Positions 49,830 through 59,508 of a stretch of DNA of 64,000 nucleotides are shown piece after piece. A model generated the notes under the pieces. That model searched no databases. It was given only the letters and a program-made list of their open reading frames with translations, and had not been told where the DNA came from. The position numbers and the translations under genes are program-made. The first letter of the stretch is position 1; the number at the start of each line of letters is the position of its first letter. Source of the DNA: Nostoc sp. CCCryo 231-06 (GTDB taxonomy: Bacteria > Cyanobacteriota > Cyanobacteriia > Cyanobacteriales > Nostocaceae); NCBI GenBank assembly GCA_023522315.1, contig JAHCSU010000412.1, positions 244 to 64,243 on the forward strand, written 5' to 3'.

Positions 49830-50874
49830 AACTGGATGATAGTGCAATAATTTTATCTGCTAAGTCAGAAAAAGTTTTTTGAAATTCCTTTTGTTTTGCT
49901 TGATTATTTTCGCGTACTATACCAGTTTGTCTTAATTGTTCTGTTGTAAGCGCATAAACAGGTGTACTGTGTTCCTGTGATAGAGCAATTAAACTGTTAG
50001 AATTAGAAATCTTTGTCAGAGTCCAACTACCATTCATACCCTGCTCAGTATAGACCTGCTTAGGTAATAACAAATCATTTTTATCTAGAATTGGTACTAG
50101 TTTATCAATGACTGTATCCTCAATTTTTTCTATCCATGTTTGAAATGCTGCTGTTTCTTTACCCCTAATAATTCTATAGTTTTGAACTATGGTTCCTAAA
50201 AATTTCAAGGTAAATTCTGGAAATGGATAAGCAGCTTCCTTTAATATAGGGTTTGCACTTGCCATCTTTGCCCAACTACACCACTTTGATAAAATTCTCG
50301 ACAGAGAATCAATTGCCATCACAGAGAAAAAATCAGCAGTTGTAGGCACTAAAAAAAAGTCACTTGTCATTAGTAAGTTCTGATTTATTGCTCCTAAACT
50401 TGGACTCATATCAATCAGAATATAGTCAGCATTAAATTTATTAGCAGTTTTTTCTAAAAGATCAGAAATAGCACCTGGCAAGTTTTTGAGTGTCTGAATT
50501 GAGCCACTGAGTTCTTGCGCGATACCTAATGTTACTTCGTATTCACCAAAGCCAATATGACCAGGTAATAAAAATAAACCTTCTTGTCCTTCTATCGAAA
50601 TACAATCTACAGCTTCAATAGCTCGTGGCTGTGACTCAAAAGCAGGAGCCAATCCAGTTTTTATATTTGAAACAGTATTATAGATGTTTTCTATTCTCGC
50701 TTCATCTTCTTCTGTTTCCTCTTTTAGAGCCATTCCTGTTAGATTGCATTGAGGATCAGTATCTACAAGGATAACTCTCTTACCCTTTGAAGCAAGCATC
50801 CAACCTAAGTTAAAAGTCGTTGTAGTCTTACTGACACCACCTTTGTGATTGAATAAGGCAATTTTGTGAACCAT
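49813..50874 (-). CDS. ParA/Soj-like (AAA_31, SIMIBI) ATPase
   Basis: FNHKGGVSKTT deviant Walker A, VDTDPQCNLT, LIDMSPSLG, FFSVMAI. Confidence 0.85.
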   Translation of the reverse strand: MVHKIALFNHKGGVSKTTTTFNLGWMLASKGKRVILVDTDPQCNLTGMALKEETEEDEARIENIYNTVSNIKTGLAPAFESQPRAIEAVDCISIEGQEGLFLLPGHIGFGEYEVTLGIAQELSGSIQTLKNLPGAISDLLEKTANKFNADYILIDMSPSLGAINQNLLMTSDFFLVPTTADFFSVMAIDSLSRILSKWCSWAKMASANPILKEAAYPFPEFTLKFLGTIVQNYRIIRGKETAAFQTWIEKIEDTVIDKLVPILDKNDLLLPKQVYTEQGMNGSWTLTKISNSNSLIALSQEHSTPVYALTTEQLRQTGIVRENNQAKQKEFQKTFSDLADKIIALSSSYAVSA

Positions 50875-50990
50875 CTTAGTTTTGCTTTTGATACTTCTAA
50901 TTTTTTTTAATCTAGGTATAATTTTATAACCTGCATGACTTAAATATAGCTTCTAAAAAGTTTACAGAACAGCAAATTATTTAACGCGCT

Positions 50991-51647
50991 TTACCCCAAT
51001 CCCTCAACATTAGCACTTTCGCCTCCCAACTCAACAGACTCAAAGTTTACCTTGTTGTATATATCTTGTAGAGAAATTTCCAAGGGTACGGTTACAAGTG
51101 CGTAGGCGTAGCCCATCGAAGATATCGCTTCATCTTCTTCATCATATTCACGAAGCGTCCATTGCTTTTTCCCGGTTTTGGAAAATTGATCTACATGAAT
51201 CCGTGTTTGGTCAATTAATAGATATTCTTGAAAAGTAGAAATACTTCGGTAAGCCTGAAATTTATCTTCGTTATCGTAGCCTTTTGTCGATTTTGATAAA
51301 ACCTCAACAATGATTTGTGGGTTCAGAATTATATCCCTCCGGTTGTTGAAATACTCCGGTTCACCTGCCAGAATCATCACATCTGGATAAGTGTAGGTAC
51401 GCTTTTGGGGTATCCATAGACGAACATCACCCATGAAAACCCGGTAGTTCTGCTTTTTAAAAGCAAAATTCAACTCAGTACTTAAGTTAAGTGCTATTTG
51501 ATTGTGATTTATAGTCCCACCCGCCATAGGAATTATTTGCCCGTCAATATATTCACTTTTGTAGTCAGCAGCTTCTTCTAGCTCTAAATATTCCTCTGGA
51601 GTATAGTATCGCTTTTGTGTGATTTGCATAGTTTTATCCGGTAACAA
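50991..51647 (-). CDS. Uma2 family endonuclease with a 7-aa SDR5 insert
   Basis: KSEYIDGQIIPMAGG, YTYPDVMI, IIVEVLSKST, QEYLLIDQ. Confidence 0.88.
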   Translation of the reverse strand: MLPDKTMQITQKRYYTPEEYLELEEAADYKSEYIDGQIIPMAGGTINHNQIALNLSTELNFAFKKQNYRVFMGDVRLWIPQKRTYTYPDVMILAGEPEYFNNRRDIILNPQIIVEVLSKSTKGYDNEDKFQAYRSISTFQEYLLIDQTRIHVDQFSKTGKKQWTLREYDEEDEAISSMGYAYALVTVPLEISLQDIYNKVNFESVELGGESANVEGLG

Positions 51648-51798
51648 TGTTTAACGATACGGAGCGTCTAGCCACTAAAGATATTTTATCCATGTTGACC
51701 GAACCTGTTAACAGGTTAGATAGAGGTTTATGTGCTTTCTACAAAGTGAGCGTAGGCGCAGCCCGCCGTAGGCATCGCTATCTCAATTCACAAAGATC

Positions 51799-53630
51799 CT
51801 ATTGATAACCGGCTGCTTGCAACAAAAACAATTTGGCATAACGTCCTCCTAGCTGTAACAGTTCTTCGTGAGTTCCCTGTTCTATAACTTCCCCGTTTTC
51901 TATAACTAGGATTTTGTCAGCCATTCGTACCGTTGAGAAGCGATGGGAAATCAAAAGTACCATCTGATTTTGAGTAATAGCGCGAAAATGATTGAAAATC
52001 TCAAACTCAGCTTGAGCATCTATTGCTGATGTTGGTTCATCTAACACCAAGATATCTGCTTGCGATCGCATAAAAGCACGAGACAGCGCAATTTTCTGCC
52101 ACTGTCCGCCAGAAAGTTCCTGTCCTCCCTTAAACCAACGACCAAGCTGAGTCTGGAAGCTTTGGGGTAATTGGTCAATAAAAGATTGCGCCATCCCTTT
52201 TTCAGCAGCAGTTTGCCAACGGTTTTTGTTTTCGAGATGTTCTACATCACCGACGCCAATATTTTCACCTACAGTGAATTGGTAGCGGACAAAGTTCTGA
52301 AAAATCACACCAATCCGACGCCGCAATACATCCACATCCCATTCTTGCAAATCCAAGCCATCTAAAAAAATTCGCCCAGAGTCAGGGGTGTAGAGTCGGG
52401 TAAGTAGTTTGATTAAGGTAGTCTTACCGGAACCGTTTTCACCGACAATTGCTAGTTTCTCTCTGGGTTTCAAGTGCAGCGAAATGTTTGTCAACGCTGG
52501 TTTGGAACTTCCTGGATAAGTAAATGATACGTTCTCAAAACGGATGCCATCTTGAGGATTTAAACCAATAGTTGCTTTACCCCAAGATGTTGGTACTTCC
52601 TCTTCCAGGAAATCGTAGAGATTTGATAAATATAGGTTGTCCTCATACATCCCTCCAATAGAAGTAAGGGCATTTGAGAAAGTAGACTGTCCTTGGCGAA
52701 ACACAGTGAGATACATTGTCATATCTCCCAAGGAAATCTTACCTAGCACTGTTTCCAGTACAATCCAAGCATAAGCTAGGTAAAAAGCACCAGTACTAAC
52801 TAAACCCAGGAGATACCCCCACAGTCCTCGCCGCAGAGTTAAATCGCGGTCTTCGCCATAGAGTTGATGAAACAGGCTGCGGTAACGCCCTAGCAGCATC
52901 TCTCCCAGTTGGTAGAGTTTAACCTCTGTGACAAAATCTTCTCTTGCTAGCAGATTTTCTAAGTAGTGCTGTTGACGAGTTTCTGCCGCCCGCCAACTAA
53001 ACAAGCGAAAGCCTTCTCCAGCAAACTTTGTTTCGGAAATAAATACAGGCATAGCTGCCAAAATCAGCACCACCACCGCCCAACCTGAGAAATTTACTAA
53101 CAAAATACCGTATGTGAAAAGGGAAAGAGCATTTTGCACTAACCCAAAGGTGCGGTTTACTAAGGAAAGGGGACGAACTGATGCTTCTCGTCGGGCATTG
53201 GTCAATTTGTCATAAAATTCTGAGTCTTCAAACTGCCTAAGATCAAGTGTCAGCGCCTTTTCTAAGATGAGTACATTCACTCGCTGACCCATTAGCGCCC
53301 GCAATAACGACTGACAAATGGTGATTCCTCGCTGACTGCCTGCTAGTAAAATTACAGCGATCGCTTCTAATCCTACATAAAATAGCGAGGGATAAATATT
53401 GACAAAACCATTGTTTTGTGAGTTAACTTGAGATGCTAATACCACTGCATCCACAATTAACTTACTGATGTAGGATATCGCCGCCGGTAAAAGACCAGCA
53501 ACTATTGTTAAACTAGCCAGAAGAATAGTAAGCGATCGGCTAGTAGTCCATACTAGGCTTACAGCCCGTCCACTGTAGCGGAAAACCGTCAGTGATTGGC
53601 GCAGGATATTTCTTTTTTTTTAATTTTCAT
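51799..53630 (-). CDS. ABC exporter, fused permease/ATP-binding protein; 5' end interrupted (TAA / A9 tract)
   Basis: GENGSGKTT, LSGGQWQ, LVLDEPT, SHRFS. The frame stays open upstream of the track start (53454) up to a TAA at 53620-53622. Confidence 0.8.
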
Positions 53631-53984
53631 CTTTCTTGCCGCGAGATACCCCAGCTTGGGCGGATCTTCCTGACTCTATTAAATCTTTATTAATTTTACA
53701 TTTTTCTAAGAATGTTCGCTGAAAACCCCGAAGTTAAAACCTAAAAACTTTTTGGGGTTTTTATGTTTCGGGGTGGTCATACCATTTCAGGAAATAATTG
53801 AATTGATAAGCTAAACCACATCTAGTTTGCATATCTAAAATTTTTATAACCCATGTGGGGTGGGTATCTTGCCCGCTCTAATCATGCAATTTAAATGTGG
53901 AACAAATTATAAATCACTTTTTTTGCCTCCCCTGCTTCCCCTGCTTCCCCTGCCTCCCCTGCTCCCTGCCCCCTTGCCTCCTCC

Positions 53985-55115
53985 TCAACCCCACAATCTC
54001 CTACCTGCTTTGCCACTTAATTTTTGGTGAGTATCTTCCAACAAAGCTGGAATATCTAACTTTTCTGGACACCGAGGCAAACAGTCACCGCATTCTGTAC
54101 AACGGTTGCCTTTCATTCCAGGGAACCAATGACCGGCATTTTCAAACATTCCGTAACGATATTGCCCATAGTCAGTCATATCGTATGCCACTGCAAGATT
54201 TCGTAACCGCAACACCTCTGGAATATTAATATTTGCTGGACAGGGCAAACAAGCATAACATTGGCTACACTTATCAGTTTCTAAAGCAACTTTTTGGTGA
54301 TTTTCTAACCGTTTAAAAGCAGAATTTTCGGCTGATGTTAACTCTCCATCATCGTCAGCGATTCGCAAAGGTTCCCTTAATTCATCTGGGTTTGCTGGGC
54401 CGATACTCAAAGTAGTAATACGGGTATCAGAAAGCAAGAAGCGATAGTTTAAGTCTAAGGGTAAATACGGTGAGCAGAGGTCTTTTAGAGTTTGGGGTGG
54501 TGTATAGAGGCGTCCCCCCTTATCAGCAGGGGAAATAATGAAAATACCCATGTCTTTTTCGGCAGCTAGTTGAATTGCTGGTGCGTGCCGTTGAAAAAAA
54601 TAGTAATAATGCAGATTGACAAATTCAAAAAAATCTGTATTGATTGCAGCCTGAATTACCTCTAATGGGCCGTGGGTGGAAAAACCAACGTGTCGGACTC
54701 GACCATCAGCAACAGCTTCCTCTACGGCTTGCATACAGCCATTTTTGGCTTGCACCCTCTCTAAATGTTGCCAAGTGTTCAAGCCATGAACTCCCAAGCA
54801 ATCCAAATAATCTAGCTGTAATCGTTCTAGAGATTCGTCGATGCAGCGACGCATGGTGTCAGCATCTGCTGTGGCTGAGATTTTAGTAGTGACATAAAGC
54901 CTCGTTCGGGGTACTGACAACCCAGCTTTTAGCGCCCTACCAAGATACTCCTCACTTTTGCCGTAACCTCTGGCGGTTTCTAGATGATTAATTCCTAGCG
55001 CTAAGGCTTGTTCGATAGTCTGGTGGGCATTTTCAAAATCAGCCAAACAGCGCATTGTTCCCAGAGAAAAAACCGAGAGGCGCAGATTCGTTTTCCCAAA
55101 GCGTCGGTATTGCAT
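53985..55115 (-). CDS. Aldo/keto reductase with C-terminal 4Fe-4S dicluster
   Basis: LGTMR, ETARGYG, GFSTHG, CSQCYACLPCP and CTECGDCLPRCP. Confidence 0.9.
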   Translation of the reverse strand: MQYRRFGKTNLRLSVFSLGTMRCLADFENAHQTIEQALALGINHLETARGYGKSEEYLGRALKAGLSVPRTRLYVTTKISATADADTMRRCIDESLERLQLDYLDCLGVHGLNTWQHLERVQAKNGCMQAVEEAVADGRVRHVGFSTHGPLEVIQAAINTDFFEFVNLHYYYFFQRHAPAIQLAAEKDMGIFIISPADKGGRLYTPPQTLKDLCSPYLPLDLNYRFLLSDTRITTLSIGPANPDELREPLRIADDDGELTSAENSAFKRLENHQKVALETDKCSQCYACLPCPANINIPEVLRLRNLAVAYDMTDYGQYRYGMFENAGHWFPGMKGNRCTECGDCLPRCPEKLDIPALLEDTHQKLSGKAGRRLWG

Positions 55116-55294
55116 CTTTAACAAAGTTAGGAGTTAGGGAGTTAGGAGAGACGCGATGAATCGCGTCTGTACAGGAGTTAGAAGTTGAAGGAAGTAATTC
55201 ATAACTCTTAACTTTTAACTTTTTTTGCTTAGGAGTTAAGAGGAAGCAAAATCACTCATAACTCATAACTCATAACTCATAACTCATAACTTTT

Positions 55295-55792
55295 TTAACT
55301 GTCGTCATTACCAAAGCGCTTGATCAAATCTTCAGGACGGAGATTGGAAATAAATTCACGGAAGGCTTGCTGTTCGGCTTCATCTGCATCGCGGTCAACG
55401 GGGATAGAAGCATCGGCAATCACTTCTTCCATTACCCAAATGGGGGTATTTGTACGGAGAGCAATAGCGATCGCATCGCTAGGACGCGCATCAATTTCTT
55501 TTTTGACCTCGCCTTGCTGGACGATTAAGGCTGCATAAAATGTATCCTTTTGCAGGGAATGAATGATCACCTTTTCTAGAGTCATATTCCAAGTCTCTAG
55601 AAGATTCACAATCAGGTCGTGGGTTAAGGGTCTGGGAGGCTTCTGATTCTCCAGCGCACCCATAATTGCCCTAGCCTGTTCCTGACCGATGTAAATTGGC
55701 AAAGCCCGCCGATCTGAAGAATCTTTCAAAAGGACAATCGGGCTGCGGGTTATGGCATCTAATGCGATGCCAGCGACTTTCATTTCAATCAT
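55295..55792 (-). CDS. Bifunctional nuclease family (DUF151) protein
   Basis: LPIYIG, RPLTHDL, IDARPSDAIAIALR. Confidence 0.92.
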   Translation of the reverse strand: MIEMKVAGIALDAITRSPIVLLKDSSDRRALPIYIGQEQARAIMGALENQKPPRPLTHDLIVNLLETWNMTLEKVIIHSLQKDTFYAALIVQQGEVKKEIDARPSDAIAIALRTNTPIWVMEEVIADASIPVDRDADEAEQQAFREFISNLRPEDLIKRFGNDDS

Positions 55793-56132
55793 TGCCTAAG
55801 CCTCTACAATGCTTTGAAAGCCTTGGATGCTGTGTAACAAATAGTACCCCTTTTTAGGCGGTTGAGCGACAGGAATAAACATAAGCATTCGTTCTCTATA
55901 ATTGCTTCTATTAAACTCCGAACTTGTGGTGAAAACCAGAGTAAGTCAAATTGGTCTTCTTAGACAATAACCTTCTTACCCAAGTATGCCCTGTGAAGGA
56001 TGCTAATGTGTTAATATCCCTATACGAAAAAAAGTCAGAAAATATACTTGGATGTTGGAGATTTCTGTGACAATTACCAATTGATTTCAAGCAAAAGTAA
56101 GCAATAAATAGAGTTAGTTTGACAAAAAAGCC

Positions 56133-56810
56133 GTGTTTACAGGATTAATCCAGGCATTAGGAACGATGGAACCCTTAGGGGGCGATTCTTGGCAAATTAC
56201 TTGTGTAAGCCAGTCAGGTGAAGTAATTATGCAAGATTTAGCTTATGGTGACAGTGTTGCAGTAGATGGCGTTTGCTTGACAGTAGAAAAAGTTTTAAAA
56301 GACGGGTTTATTGCTACTGCTTCACCGGAAACTCTACGCCGCACAACTCTCTTAGGTGAGCAAACGCAACAGAGATATGTCAATTTAGAAGCGTCGCTAA
56401 GAGTGGGCAGTAAAGTTGGCGGTCATTTTGTGATGGGTCATGTAGACGGCATTGGTCGATTGCTAGTGGCAGAACAAACTGCTAGTTCTTGGGAAATGAC
56501 CTTTATTGCATCCGAGGCGATCGCACGGTATATTGTCCCCAAAGGTAGCATAGCTGTCAATGGCATCAGTCTTACTGTAGCCGCTTATGAACCAGAACTC
56601 TCTCAATTCAAGGTAGCGGTAATTCCCCTCACATACAGCGACACAAATCTTCGCTATTTGGTTTCTGGGAGTTTGGTGAATTTAGAAGGGGATATTCTCG
56701 GCAAATACGTCGAAAAATTCCTTTCCCCTGGCAAACCACACACCACCACTGATGAAACTAGTATGGATGGCATTACACCCGTATTCCTAGCAGAACACGG
56801 GTATTTGTAA
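56133..56810 (+). CDS. ribE: Riboflavin synthase alpha chain
   Basis: MFTGLIQ, GDSVAVDGVCLTV, GGHFVMGHVDG, KGSIAVNGISLTV, VNLEGD. Confidence 0.95.
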   Translation: MFTGLIQALGTMEPLGGDSWQITCVSQSGEVIMQDLAYGDSVAVDGVCLTVEKVLKDGFIATASPETLRRTTLLGEQTQQRYVNLEASLRVGSKVGGHFVMGHVDGIGRLLVAEQTASSWEMTFIASEAIARYIVPKGSIAVNGISLTVAAYEPELSQFKVAVIPLTYSDTNLRYLVSGSLVNLEGDILGKYVEKFLSPGKPHTTTDETSMDGITPVFLAEHGYL

Positions 56811-56914
56811 CTAAAAAAGTTAGAAGTAGAGACGCGATTAATCGCGTCTCTACAGGAGTTAGGAGTTTTAAATTCATAACTCTTCACTCCTCACTCCTCA
56901 CTCCTAACTTTCTT

Positions 56915-58522
56915 CTAGCTTCCTGGTAGCTGGCTTACCTGAGCAGTTTGCAAACCTCGCACTAACTGGCTGAGGGCGCTTTGTAATTGCACGCCTGGGT
57001 CAGTAGCAACCCACCCGTTCGGTGTCAGGTGGCGGACTTCAAAGTGCAGGTGAGGGCCTGTGGAGTTCCCGGTGCTGCCAACTCGCCCGATGACAGTTCC
57101 AGGTTGTACCCACTGACCGGGTTGAACAAGGATTTCTGACATGTGACCGTAAAGAGTTTGTTCAGCCGATTTGTGATTCAGGGTAACAGTTAAACCATAA
57201 CCGCCCAACCAGTTAGCAGTTTCCACTTGACCAGCAGCAGCAGCCAAAACTGGCGTACCTGTAGGCGCACCTATGTCTGTACCAGCATGGAAACGTTGAT
57301 TACCTGTGATTGGATGAACTCGCCAACCAAATACAGAAGTAATGGTAGCAGGTATAGATAATGGATACATCATTCCCGTACCACTATATGCAACTCTCGA
57401 CGTGTAGGGGATTTGCGGCAATACTGATGCTAGTGAGAAGTCGTAAGCTACGTTGCTGGGACGGGGTGCAATGTTGCCATCTGCCATTGGTGGAGGTAAA
57501 GTACCGCCACTGGGTGCGATGGGAGTTGCACTCACTGTTGTGGGGCTGAACTCGCCAGGACTTGGGATAAACCGATTAGGGCGAAATGCGCTCTTGGTGA
57601 CACCGCTAGAACCAGTTTGAGTTGGAGTACCACGCCATCTGCTGGTGTTGCCAGTAGATGCAATCTGCCGCACAGGTGAAACTACTGGTAATTGGGCATT
57701 TTGACTTCTTTTGAGCCAATTAGGTGCTGGTTTACTATTAGAATCAGCAACACTCCTTTGCGGTACTTTGGCGCAAACGCCGCCTAATACACTTTGTCCT
57801 GATGGCAAAATGGCTCGACAACCACTGGAGCGTTCTGTGAGAATTACAGAATTTGGTGCTTGATAAGTACCTGTAGCACCACTGTCATAACTATTAGGAT
57901 CAATATAGGCGTTATTATAATCCTTGGTTTTCCCCGCCGTTGCACTGACAGGGCTGTTCGAGTTATTTGATGGTTGAGCAACTTCTGGAAGTTTTTCAGG
58001 TAAAGAGCGGAAAGAGGTATTGGGTTTTTCCTGTCTCACCCGTGCAGGAGTAACCTGGGAGGCTTCTACCTTGGGTTTTGACTGTCTGATAATCACAACA
58101 GGTTGGGCAGCTTCGATTTTGGGTGTAGACTGCCTAACTGGCTCTTTTAATTGAGCAACCTCTGGCTTGCCTAATCTCTTTCTGAGTCTGGCTCGCCGTT
58201 GGGAAAATTCCGGTTGCGCTTGAGCGGCTTCGGGCGCAACAGCCTGCTTTTTCAAGCCGAGCGGAGTCGTTCGCGTAGCGTCTCGCAGAGAGGTTTTAAC
58301 TGGATTTGTAACTGCTGTTGGCTGGGAACTTTCAACTGTGGGAACGATGTTGTCTATTTGTGTTTCAGTTTGGGCAAACACAAAGCCGCCGCTAAGGAGG
58401 CTGACGCTACTCAGCCAACAGAGGCTCTGAGCTGGTAGTGTTGAGGCAAAACGTTTTTTTGTTAGACCTTGCTGCCATAAGTAATGCAAACGATAAGGGG
58501 CAGAATTTTTGCGCTGCGTCAT
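56915..58522 (-). CDS. M23 family metallopeptidase with long low-complexity N-terminus
   Basis: TSVFGWRVHP, HAGTD, YGHMS, GNSTGPHLHFE. Confidence 0.9.
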   Translation of the reverse strand: MTQRKNSAPYRLHYLWQQGLTKKRFASTLPAQSLCWLSSVSLLSGGFVFAQTETQIDNIVPTVESSQPTAVTNPVKTSLRDATRTTPLGLKKQAVAPEAAQAQPEFSQRRARLRKRLGKPEVAQLKEPVRQSTPKIEAAQPVVIIRQSKPKVEASQVTPARVRQEKPNTSFRSLPEKLPEVAQPSNNSNSPVSATAGKTKDYNNAYIDPNSYDSGATGTYQAPNSVILTERSSGCRAILPSGQSVLGGVCAKVPQRSVADSNSKPAPNWLKRSQNAQLPVVSPVRQIASTGNTSRWRGTPTQTGSSGVTKSAFRPNRFIPSPGEFSPTTVSATPIAPSGGTLPPPMADGNIAPRPSNVAYDFSLASVLPQIPYTSRVAYSGTGMMYPLSIPATITSVFGWRVHPITGNQRFHAGTDIGAPTGTPVLAAAAGQVETANWLGGYGLTVTLNHKSAEQTLYGHMSEILVQPGQWVQPGTVIGRVGSTGNSTGPHLHFEVRHLTPNGWVATDPGVQLQSALSQLVRGLQTAQVSQLPGS

Positions 58523-58612
58523 TTGTTCTCTCAGTTGTGTGTAATTAGCCTAAAGAGATGATGCTAGTGGTTTGTCTTGCCCAAAGAGCGGAATTTTGAA
58601 CAAACCTCAAAT

Positions 58613-59431
58613 TTAAACGGAAGATTTATGGTACCCCAAACTGATTGTACCGGGTTCAATATAAATTTCCGGTGTAATTAGTTCCTTTGTATTGTATGTT
58701 TCTAAATCAACTCGTAAATTTCCTTGAGGAGTCACCCCAACTACTTTACCTGAAATATTGTTGACGTAGACCCGATCGCCCATGTTTATCAGCAAATCTA
58801 AATAGCGAGACAAGAGTACCTTTACTCCTTCTTGGCAAAGGCACTCCATACCGGATTCTATTCCCAGCAAGACTTTAGAGGTTAGCATTTCCAGACAAGT
58901 AATTGGTCTGAAATCTTGGGAAGCTTGCCACGATTCCAGATTGATTCCAGTTTCGGGTACTGGGTTTGTCCAGTTAATACCAACACCAATTACTGCTTGG
59001 GTGATTTGTCCTTTATTTACTTTGGTTTCTGTCAAAATGCCGCCTAGTTTGCGACCATTTAAAACTAAATCATTGGGCCATTTTATCCCAACATCTATAC
59101 CGCATTGGCGCAATTGAGACGCAATTCCCCAAGCAGTAGCGAAAGTTAGCTGGTAGCTGTCAGTAGCCTCTATTTTGTGGTCTAAAGAAATCGCTACGGA
59201 AACATATAATCCGCCAACCGGAGAAATCCACTGGCGGCCCCATTGTCCCCGCCCAGCAGATTGCACAGTTGCGATTACTACTGTTCCTGAAATTGCCCCT
59301 TGGTTGAGTAAGTTCCAGAGGGTTTGATTTGTTGAAGAGACACTTTCAAAAAAGTGGAGGGAAAATGGTAAATATGTATACTTACGCTCTGCCTTCAAGG
59401 CTGCTTCCAAGTTTTGCAAATTAAATCCCAC
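58613..59431 (-). CDS. birA: Biotin--[acetyl-CoA-carboxylase] ligase
   Basis: SSTN, QSAGRGQWGRQW, IKWPNDL, KLGGILTE, IGVGIN. Confidence 0.93.
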   Translation of the reverse strand: MGFNLQNLEAALKAERKYTYLPFSLHFFESVSSTNQTLWNLLNQGAISGTVVIATVQSAGRGQWGRQWISPVGGLYVSVAISLDHKIEATDSYQLTFATAWGIASQLRQCGIDVGIKWPNDLVLNGRKLGGILTETKVNKGQITQAVIGVGINWTNPVPETGINLESWQASQDFRPITCLEMLTSKVLLGIESGMECLCQEGVKVLLSRYLDLLINMGDRVYVNNISGKVVGVTPQGNLRVDLETYNTKELITPEIYIEPGTISLGYHKSSV

Positions 59432-59508
59432 AGCAGTTAACCCAAATTCCGTTGTTCAAGTTAGCATTGATTGGCTGATGAGTGATTTCTGTTTAGGTTT
59501 GGTTGAAG

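Noticed and set aside
49813-50874. Plasmid or chromosome partition locus
   Set aside because: No parB, parS-like repeats or rep gene; the coupled partner is a HEPN protein.
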